DNA of 64,000 nucleotides, from NCBI GenBank assembly GCA_009103225.1, contig RHPI01002568.1, positions 137,742-201,741 on the forward strand, in the 5' to 3' direction. A program made the position numbers and the translations under genes. The notes beneath the pieces are model-generated. The model ran no database searches and was not told where the DNA came from. It saw nothing but the letters and a program-made list of their open reading frames with translations. This document shows positions 54,724 through 64,000 of this stretch, one piece after another. The DNA comes from Chlorokybus atmophyticus. Taxonomy: Eukaryota; Plantae; Mesostigma and Chlorokybus algae. The stretch's first letter is position 1. Each line of letters opens with the position of its first letter.

Positions 54724-57100
54724 CTACCGACCTTGTCGTGGTGGTTGGTAGACACGGGGGGCCCTCGGTGCTGGAGGTTCCGGCGCTGGTTGTGGTGGCG
54801 GCGCAGGTGAATGCCGCCTCTGCGAAGCTGGAATCATGCCCGCGGGTGTACCCAATGGCTGTGGAGGAAACCCCGGCGGACCCGGTGTTTGTGGGCCTGC
54901 CTCGCGTTTAGCTTGCTCCGCGGCGTACGTCCATCGGACAGCATGAGCCGCTTCTCTGACCAATGTCCCTTCCCACGTGGCCGTGGGCTCGGTGTCCGTG
55001 TCTGTCCAGTGATAATATTGAGGCATGGGCTGCAGGTATACGGCGCGTAGTAGCTGTCGCCGCATGTTGTGAGTAATGGTGGGGACTCACAAGATCCCTG
55101 CCATGTAGGCATCCCACCTTCCTTGTACCACTCCCACATCGAGCACTGTCATGGCGCGAGCGCGTAGGGTGCGCTACAGGTCAGTCTGCTGTGCGTGTAG
55201 CTCATGAGCAATGGCGATGCGCCGCCGTTGCCGTGCGGCTTCCACCCCTGGCAGCCGCAGCATTGCCTCTCGCACTCCCTCCAGCGTGTCCGGGGCTGTG
55301 GTGGCAGCCTCGTCATATGCTGGTCGCAGCGAACGAACGAATGCCCCCAACCATGATGCTCGGTTGCCAAAGGCAAACAGGGGGACAGCAGGGTGATTGG
55401 CAACGTGCCATGTCACGAGACGGGCTCGAGCGGCGCTGCCCTCTTGCATCCCCATTATCTGTCTTAATGTGTTGCCCTCAGGCCTGTGCAACATGACTGC
55501 TTGCCGGATGAGTGCGGTACAGAGTTGTTGCTCCCCCACCATACCAGCTCCTCCTCGTTGTGTGGTGTCCCCTTGCGGGGTGAGGTACCCTCGCACTACA
55601 TCGCGTTAATCCTCAGGCATGTCTTCGACCAAAGGAGGCAGCAGCGGGGCGATTACCCCCCTCAATTGTTGCGCCAACGCCCTCGCTTGGTCTGCAACAG
55701 CTGCGTGTCCTGGCTGCTCGATGGCGACTGCCGTGGAGTACGCTGTGGTCAGCGCCGTGGAGGCGCTGGCAACAGTTGCTGGCGCTACGGTCGGTACGAT
55801 AACGGCGTGTGCTGCTTCGTACGCTTGTCGGCGCGCGTCCACTTGAGCAGCTTGGTCCATTCGATAACGATGGGCCAGTTCGAGGGCAGAGAAACGCTCT
55901 TGACGACTGCCTGGAGTGAGCCCCCGGAGAGCGGGATCAGCGCCCAGCGCGATGTCAAACATGGTGACCACGAGGTCTTGCATTTCGTGTCGCTGGAGGC
56001 CGAGTGGGTCCAGTGGCGAGGGCTCGAAGTCGATCTGTTGAACGGGCATGGGTTGCCGCGTTTGACTGGGTGCGCCCTGCAATCGTGCGTGTAATGCCAG
56101 GAACAACTGGATGGCCAGCTCCAATACTGCAGGTCGCTGGTAGGTGACCCCGAAGAGACAATCCCTCATCTCTGGTGCAGTGCCGGCGAGGATTTCATCC
56201 TCCAGCTGCTGTTGTGTGGGTTCCGGCAGCGTGTGGTACTCTGGAGGTGGTAGGGGCAAGATGCGATCATCGCGTGCCACGCGCGTGGTGCGTTGCCCCC
56301 CTGGTCCGTACGCAATGGTGGTGGGCTCCACGTTGCGTAGAACCGATGCCCAGGCGCGTTCTGCTTGTGGCCCGCGTGGCACTTGCTGTGTGACGTCCAA
56401 CGCTGGTGGCGGTGCCGTTCGAACCTCAGGAAGTGGTGCAGTGGGTATGGCAGCACTACTGGAGGCGATGGTGGTGGCACCTGCGGCAGTTGTCGTTACT
56501 GAGGTGGCGGCTATGAGGGTGGCAGCAGTTGCGGCCGATGTAGTCGCTTCGATGGAGGCAGGAGTGGTGGATTCACCACTTACAAACCCAACGACCATGG
56601 TTGTTGCGGCGTCGGTGCTCTCTATCGTCAGACGTCACAAGTGGTGCCAAGAGTGCTAACACCTGCCGTCATGGTCGGTGTGGACGCCGACGGTGTCGTC
56701 GACGGCGTCGTCCCAGCGGTGGTTGTGGCTGCCGAGGCAGCACCACTTGTGACGTTTGACGATGCCGCTGTTGACGACGCGCCAGCTTCCCTGCGCGCAC
56801 GTCTTGATGGTTGTACGCGTGACGGCGTGGGAGTGTCCCTATCCCATTTTGGTGCCATCAGTGCCCACCTAGCAGCATAGCAGGCTTGATAGTCCTGCTC
56901 CTTGTTCTCCTCCAGCTGTGCCACGCGCGCCATCTGGGCTGCCACTTGGTCAATAGCCGGTGGATTGGTTGGTGCCTTTACAGCAGCAGCTCCAGCGCGA
57001 GGACGTCCCTCAGGTCCTTTGTGCTGTGGAAGGCGGTTTTTCCCTGTTGAGATTCGGACACTACAGACCATGCATGGAGTTGGTGCAAGCACAAGTACAC
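54724..57100 (-). pseudogene. Second, Ala/Thr/Pro-rich ORF region with a capsid-like segment, between gag and the protease
   Basis: ORFs 56598-55606 and 55596-55174. The segment FVRSLRPAYDEAATTAPDTLEGVREAMLRL resembles a gag C-terminal helix motif. Frameshifted. Confidence 0.45.
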
Positions 57101-57329
57101 AAACTCTACCAGAGCATACACACAAGGCTGATCCAAAAGGCTTTCTAAGGATTACAACAAAGTCATACCGCGGGCAATTATACCCGCCAGTTCTGCACCT
57201 GTCTACTCTAGAAGCCACCACGACTTCTACACTCAATCGATTCCTGCGCTCTAAGTTGCACCACGTAGCTACTTTCAAGAGCTTTTCAACAAACTATAAT
57301 ACGCGCCATACAATGACGTAACCACCGAG

Positions 57330-59220
57330 CTACAACGTTTCTTCTACAGCGCCTGGAAGTCTCCAGACTCCGGACTCGACTCCGCGCCTGGAACCTTCTC
57401 GACTGAAGTCCTCGCCTGGACCTTTCTCGACTGGAACCTTCTCGCGCCTGAATCTTCTCGCGGCTATTTTTATCCACAGGGCAAGCTGACCGGATACAAG
57501 AATATCCTCAACATTCCCTCTGTAGCCAGCTTCTTCCTTGCGGGCCCCAGCGTTGTTGTCGTTGTTGGGGTTGTGGCCACCAGCGTTGTTGCCGTTGTTT
57601 CGGCGGCCAGCGTGGTTGCTGTTGTTGTAGCCCCCGTTGTTGTTGTTGTTGTTGTTGTTGTTGCCGCGGTAGCCAACGGCGTTGTTGCCGTTGTTGTAAC
57701 CAATAGAGGGCCGCAGCTCAGGGAACTTGAGCCAGCATGCTGTCTCCAAGTGTCCCGTCTTGTGGCAGTAGTCGCACACAAGGTTGCCGTAATCTTCGGT
57801 GCACTCCTTTTGGTAGTGGCCATGTCGACCACACCGGTGGCACAGCACTGGAGCCACAAGGGCAGCATGAGCTGACCGTTTATCCTTGTGGTGGATGCCT
57901 TGCGGCTCTCGGCTGCGGTCCCGCCGAAGAGGCTCTGCACTTGTGCCTGCCATAGGCCGTGAGACACTGCAGTTGGTGTCCAGCACCGCCTTCTCATACA
58001 CTGCACGCTTATGGCTTGTGCAGTCTCGAAAGCTTCCTTGAGGGTGTAGCCAAGGGGCCTGCTGTAGTTCAGCGTCAGGCGCGTTGACTCACTCAGGGTG
58101 GGATCCAACTCGGCCACATACACCACTGCTGCCGCCTCCTCACTGACGATCTTGTAGTCAGTGTCTTTGAGCAACCCTTCCAACCGTGGATACAGTCGGA
58201 GAGGGTCCTCGTGGGGCTTCCGTCGAAAACGCCTCAACTCCTCCACCTTGTTGTTGTTTTGAGGTGGGAAGGTGCGCCGGAGTGCGGCGTAGAGGTCCTT
58301 CAACGGGGAGTCCGACATGGCCGCGCCCACCGTAAGCGCGGGTGCACGCAATGCCACTGAACCGAGGGTGAAAACACTGCCTCCCGCTGGAGCACGCGAG
58401 TTCGGTGTTGGTAGCAGGGGCGTACCCATCTCCAATGCTGCAGCTTGCTGCTCCTCTTGTTGCTCCCTGATGATGGCAGCGGTGCGGTTGAGTATCCTGA
58501 TCCGGCGCTCGGCCTTCTTGCTTTCGATCTCTGCAGGANTAATGCTGCAGCTTGTTGCTCCCTGATGATGGCAGCGGTGCGGTTGAGTATCCTGATCCGG
58601 CGCTCGGCCTTCTTGCTTTCGATCTCTGCAGGAGTCAATGAGGCCACTACCACCTCAACTTTCTCTGCCTTCTCCATGGCTGCAGCTAGAGTGAGACCCG
58701 TGACTAAGGCTAGCGGGGCCGCCGCTACAGGGACAGTAACCGATGGGCTGTGCAGTGACGTGGCGGCTATTGTGCTGGCCAACTCGCCATAGCCATCGAT
58801 TTTGTGCAACTCAGCGACGGACTTCCACACATCATGTGCTTCGTGATCAAGGTATTGAGCGGTCACATGAAACGATACCTCATCTGTCCACTCCTTGCTC
58901 TTGAGGGCTTGCTGCCGCATCTTGGAGTGGAACTTGATGATGAACTCGTCAAGTGAGGTGGTGCCAGGGCGTCCGGAGAAGCGTAGGGAGTTGGTTGAGC
59001 TGGAAGGCTCCATCTCTTCGTCGTCACTGTCCGACGGTGGTGGAGATGCTCGTTGGCGAGGAGTGGAGTGAGAGGAGGTGAAGCCGAAGACGGGGCGTGA
59101 GCCTCTGCTGCTACGGTAATCGCTCCCTTCACTTGCGCGCTCGTAGGTAAGGTTGGAGGTTGGGCTCCAGCTGTTGAGGTCCCCTTCTTCTATTGGCGAG
59201 AAAGGGGTGGGCCTGCTCAT
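57330..59220 (-). pseudogene. gag: Gag with two CCHC zinc knuckles and an Asn-rich tail
   Basis: CHRCGRHGHYQKEC and CDYCHKTGHLETAC. LRFSGRPGTTSLDEF and LRRFRRKPHEDP. Frameshifts, plus a duplicated segment around an N. Confidence 0.88.
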
Positions 59221-59419
59221 ACAGCTGATGCGATGGTGAAAGTGGATGAAGGGTAGAGTGTTTGTGCTCTACAATGGGATCTCCAGTGCTGCTATCACCC
59301 AACACACTAGCGCTTGTGCGCGCTATGCGATGACGGTGACAACACTGCACTGTGATGTGTACAACTACAGATTGCGATGCTGATGTACAGCCTGCAACTA
59401 CACTCACTTGAGCAAAGAG

Positions 59420-59434
59420 GGTGACACTGTAAGT
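59420..59434 (-). promoter_or_regulatory. Candidate self-priming primer-binding site (non-tRNA)
   Basis: The minus strand reads ACTTACAGTGTCACC, the exact complement of GGTGACACTGTAAGT at 59707-59693. There is no TGG tRNA-type PBS. Confidence 0.65.
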
Positions 59435-60017
59435 CAACAAGCCACTACTATAGGTAGTGCTGTTTACACAGTTCTTTGCGTGAGTGGAAGAGAAATTACA
59501 CTGTTAAGTGAGGTGAATGAGCAAGCAACACGTGGATGCTATGCCCTGACTGATGCCACCAAACACACCGCGACCAAGTACACAAAGCTCACAGCAAGGA
59601 CAAGCACAGGCTCTCACACGGTGAGGGGATTCTTGAGAACCGGGACGGTGTGTTTCGTAGTTCAAGTCGCTTCACAAGCTCTTAGCTTTCTCACTTACAG
59701 TGTCACCAGCTGATCCGGTGAACACTGTGCCTACTTATACAAGTCAACTCATGACTGTCCAGAACATAAGCTAACGGTCATATCGAGGCTATTTCCACAG
59801 GAAATTCCCACTCGATATAGAACCTGACTTATAACTGAACTCACAACTGAACAGCTACGCGCGGTGCCTATGTAGGCTATAGTCATGAGCTACTCTAGAG
59901 ACATGACCTAGCTACTGGTCAGAGACGCGCGCGGGTTGCCATGCTGGTAAGCCGGGCGAGGGTCTCGCTGTAGGCATGCCCGATGACGACTGGCATGCTT
60001 GGGCGATAGGCATGACA
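59428..60017 (-). repeat. 5' terminal repeat A1 (TG...CA, 590 bp)
   Basis: About 98% identical to A2. Begins TGTCATG and ends CTTACA. Confidence 0.92.
59734..59739 (-). promoter_or_regulatory. Candidate TATA box (TATAAG) of the retroelement promoter
   Basis: Lies 32 nt upstream of the inferred start site (59707) defined by the self-complementary segment. Confidence 0.5.
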
Positions 60018-60019
60018 GC

Positions 60020-61270
60020 ACTCAAGCAAACGTACATGCCATAATGTTCTTAAAATAAGTTGCCAACCTATTGCTTGACTCTCTCTCTGTTGATTGCGAG
60101 GACGACCCAACGACATACTGTCATATAAAGCTGGAGTGGCATCATCCTTGCCCTCAGCATGGCAAAGGAGAAAACGATGGCTAGGGAGGGACATCGAGGC
60201 ACCTTCTCGACAGGGCAGTGTTGCAGGGGAAACAACTATATTGCGCCGAGACAATGGCACATTACGCCAATAAACACTTGGGCCGAGGAGCTTTCTCCAC
60301 CTAAGAATCTCGCGAAAGAGAGGTGTCTGTGCGGAAGCGCTTTTTTTATCTTCTAGACATTGACGAAATTGTGCACAAACCGGAAGGCTGCAATTTTAAA
60401 TAATACCAGGCACCATGAAGTCTCCGGCATTGCAAGCGATGGGTGAAGTGGACCGCTTCATGTCCAGCGCTCTCTGTTGCTTCTGTGCAGCATGTGTTGA
60501 GGAGCTGTACCACGGCTGCGCTAACCAGGCGTATGCGTCTAGATAGAAACAACAAGTACTCATTCCTGGAGATGATGAAGCGGAAGAGGCAGAGCAAGAG
60601 GTGAGCAAGCTTATAGTTTGCTGGATCTTGAAACTGCATTAACTCACTTTGCCGATGTAGCATGTACGCTTGCCAGGCCTGCATTGTCTTGGTACTCTTG
60701 CTGCCCGACCATCCAGGTTACTGCACGTCTATTAATATTATTGCATGGATTGCATCAGACGCTCATTTTCAACCAAGAGACGCTGGCATGGAGCTTAAGA
60801 GAAGGGGATTATTTTGTCGTGTCTTCAGACAGCAAAGATAAAGATCATGACAAAGAAGAACCTTACTGGATGCTTCAATGCATATAGCCAGCGGAGGAGA
60901 AGTGGAGAGTCTACGACCCGTGCGGACAGCTATGGCAACAGGGTGTTGCCGGATAACTTATTCATACAGGCGTGTACTTCCGCAGATTGAAGCAGCAGCA
61001 TGTCACCACTCCAAAGCTTTCAAAGCGTTCGACGTGGTTGCTACAGCCTCGGCAACATAAGAAAGCGAGGATACCGGCGCATCTGCTGCGCTGCATGCTC
61101 AAGATGACGCTTGAGCGAGAGTTTATGTGAACGACAAATGCAAAGTCAATCGAGGTTGACAACTTGGAAAGATATCAAGGAGTCTCCATTCCGCATTTCA
61201 GATGAGCTGCATGAGGCAATCCTTAGCATACTCCAAAGGCTCCGTAACAGATAATTAGCTAGGATTATAC
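60020..61270 (+). pseudogene. Degenerate transposase-like relic (HGKG-x2-DG family; superfamily uncertain, possibly Sola-like)
   Basis: LEWHHPCPQHGKGENDG*GGTSRHLL, IPGTMK, ALCCFCAAC..CAN and EGDYFVV..EEPYWMLQC. Many stops. Confidence 0.55.
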
Positions 61271-61467
61271 CACATTATACTTGCGTGATTATGCCCAGTG
61301 TGAAAACCTTCACTAGTATCGTTGCCATTTCAACAGTTTGTAAAGTGGATTGCAACAAGTGGCTTGGACATCATATATTGTGATATTAATTGCTATGCAG
61401 TGTTTTTAGCATATTGCGCTTGCATGTGGACAACGCTTCGTACATCCAACGTTGTTGCGATCGTCCT

Positions 61468-62299
61468 TGTCGGGTCGAGGAGAGTCGAGGGTCACACTGT
61501 CTTAGGATGCTGCAGGGAAAGACATGCTTGCTAGCCCTATCGCTGCAACATGTTAAAACATATAGCAAAAGTAAAACATAACCCAGCTCGGAGGGCGAGG
61601 AGTGCTTGGTGAAGCTGCTCCGCTATCGTTGAATCACACGGACATGTGGAGGCGGTGTCCTCCTTGGTGTACATGCTGTGCTGTAGAACACACAGTCAAC
61701 AAGCCACTACTATAGGTAGTGCTATTTACACAGTTCTTTGCATGAGCGGAAAATGTGTTACACTGTTAAGTGAGGTAGATGAGCAAGCAACACGTGGATA
61801 TTATGCCCTAACTGATGCCAGCAAACACACTGCAACCAGGCACACCAAGCTCACAGCGATGACAAGCACGATGCACACACGAGCATGCACAGGCTCTCAC
61901 ACAGTGAGGGGGTTCTGGTAACTGGGATGGCGTGTTCGCAGTTCAAGTCGTTTCACAAGCTCTTAGCTTTCTCACTCACAGTGTCACCAGCTGATCCGGT
62001 GAACACCGTGACTACTTATACAAGTCAAATCATGACTGTTAACAAAAAAAGGTAACGGTCATATCATATCAAGGCTATTTTCACAGCAATCGCCGCTTGA
62101 TACAGAATACAACTCGTAACTGAACTCACAAATGAACAGCTACGCATGGTGCCTATGTAGGCTATAGTCGTGAGCTACTCTGGAGTTATACCTAACTACT
62201 GGTCAGTGACTCGCGCGTGCTGGTATGCTGATAGGCCGGGCAATGGTTTTGATGTACATGCCCGATGAAGGCTGGTATGCGTGGGCACTAGGCATGACA
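61468..62299 (-). repeat. Diverged solo A-B repeat with a 4-bp target-site duplication
   Basis: Plus-strand termini TGTCGGG...CATGACA are the same as those of the full element. Flanked by TCCT on both sides (61464-67 and 62300-03). Confidence 0.8.
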
Positions 62300-62819
62300 T
62301 CCTGCATGTCGCTCACTGCTCATGTAAGTTATTACGTGTAAAATATCAAGAATTGTATCTTGTTGCTGGACGAAGTCTTATAAAAAGTGTAATTATAGTT
62401 GCTTTTTGCCTATCCTAAACCTATTTGGCAGAAGTTGACGCCCAAGCCACTTTTACAAAAGTGTCCCCTCGGATTGTGCGACACGCCTAGTGCACTAGTG
62501 TGCGGGGTGACACAGACAGTGGACAGACTGAGAGCACATACACTCTAGTCGTAGCCACTGAACAGATGTATGAGTGGGTCTCCAGTTCGCAGTGAGATAC
62601 CACTCCCCCACGCTGGGCTCATCCTTAGTACAGTCAAGGAAGGACTTCAGTGACCGTTCCAGTTGGCTGGGCTCCGACCTCTCTTTCAGCCGACGCCTGA
62701 GCTACGACACAAAGGACGGAGGCAGCAGTTAAAACTCCCGTCCATTGTCATCTCACAGCTCACGCCATTCCACCCCTCGTCATCGTCTTCGAGCTTAAGC
62801 AGCAGTCGACCTCGACGAC

Positions 62820-63730
62820 ATGGAGTCCATCGGCAATACACATGCTCTGTACTTCTCTGGCCGTCCTGGCACCACCGCCTTTGAAGACTTTATGAAGCTC
62901 GACGCCAAGACGTGCTACCAAGCCTGCAAACCCAGCAGCGGTTGGTCAAGCTTAACGTCTTTCCGTGTGTTTTTCAGTTCTTGGAGCACGAGGCACAGCA
63001 AGTGTCCGTTGCCATTCTGCACCGCATTGCTGGCTTCGGGGGAAACTGCCCTTGCTCCAGTTACACCCTCTGCGGCCCCTACGCCAGCCTTTCAAGCTGC
63101 TTCGCTGCCTGCTCCCTTACTGGTCGACTCTGCGGCTACCGCCGAGACCGAGGCCGCAGCAGCCATACGTATGGTGGTGCGTGGCGACATAAGCGACAAA
63201 GAGTTCGCGGCCGCACAAGACGACCGTCTGCGAGAGGTGGACCTGCGCATGGCCAGACTGCTCCGGCAAAGCATGCGCACTGCTGAAGCGGCTTCCGAAG
63301 CCGCTGCTGAGGTGGCCGCCGCACGACAAGCTGCTATTGAATCCACTTCTGGAGCAGCCTCGCAAGGTACCTACCACGAGCTTGCAGCCAGCTCCATCTC
63401 AGTAGGGTCGGCTATCGGGCTACCATCCTTCTCGGTCCCCGTGACACGCTGTGACTCTCCACTGCAGGACTTGTACGCAGCATTGCGACGTACCTTTCCC
63501 GCGCAGACCAGCCACAAGGTTGAAGAACTGAGGCGTTTTCGACGTTAGGCTGGTGAGGACCCACTGCGCATGTATACACGCCTTGCTCAGCTGCTGCGAG
63601 ACACCAGTGGTCGTATCATTAGCGACGAGGCCGCTGCTGTGGTGTACATCCATCAGCTAGAACCCTCGCTGGGCGACACTGTCAGTCTAACATTGGGCAA
63701 CTCCCGACCTTGGGGCTACTCATTGGTACA
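62820..63730 (+). pseudogene. gag: Gag fragment of a related Gypsy element in the opposite orientation
   Basis: LYFSGRPGTTAFEDF and SPLQDLYAALRRTFP..KVEELRRFRR*..EDPLRMY..EAAAVVY align with gag at 59220-57950. Confidence 0.88.
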
Positions 63731-64000
63731 GACCGCCTGTACCAATGACTGGCTTTTTAAGTGGCCTCTTCACTCCATAAGAGGCGTGTGTGAGAGAAGG
63801 CAGTGCTGGACATGAACACCTCCAGCTCACGCACACCGGCCCTGGCACCAGAGACTAGCCAACGAGACCGTTCTCGCAACACGCTCAGTCCGTCCAAAGG
63901 TGTTGCCAAGCATGCCCACGCCGCTCTTTCAGCTCCCGTCTTGTGTCATTGCTGTGGCCGCCATAGTCACTATTAGAAGGAGTGTACAGAGGAGTACGCC

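Larger units (their letters stand above)
46565..60017 (-). mobile_element. Ty3/Gypsy retrotransposon carrying a C5 DNA methyltransferase and a PHD finger, with split direct terminal repeats; decayed
   Basis: Minus-strand termini TGTCATG...CCCGACA. Domain order gag, PR, DNMT, RT, RH, IN is Gypsy-type. Many stops and frameshifts. No TSD between the outer flanks. Confidence 0.93.

Noticed and set aside
58445-58630. Near-exact ~90-bp tandem duplication in gag
   Set aside because: The two copies are joined at a single N, which is typical of a contig-overlap artefact.

Overview
Eukaryotic genomic DNA. Evidence for this: GT-AG introns, microsatellites and one N gap. U-box/ARM genes, an Ole e 1-type gene and a DNMT-carrying Gypsy element point to a streptophyte green alga (inference). 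The window is rich in repeats and transposable elements. Left part: the 3' half of an L1/Tx1 LINE; a duplicated U-box/ARM E3-ligase locus (one pseudogene, one copy with intact 3' exons, one 5' fragment); a multi-exon secreted Ole e 1-domain gene; and a small Gypsy pol fragment. Centre: an apparently intact ~1418-aa gene fusing a dynamin-like GTPase, an OTU deubiquitinase and a PIN-like nuclease domain, followed by a MITE. Right part: a decayed 13.4-kb Ty3/Gypsy element on the minus strand whose pol runs protease, DNMT3-like C5 methyltransferase, RT, RNase H, DDE integrase, PHD finger. Its ends are not two ordinary LTRs. They form a split-direct-repeat arrangement (A-ORFs-B-A-B), and instead of a tRNA PBS there is a self-complementary primer site that covaries in a second family member. 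A CACTA-type element, a solo A-B repeat, a transposase relic and a related gag fragment are nested in or near it. All calls come from manual reading and alignment; no database searches were run.
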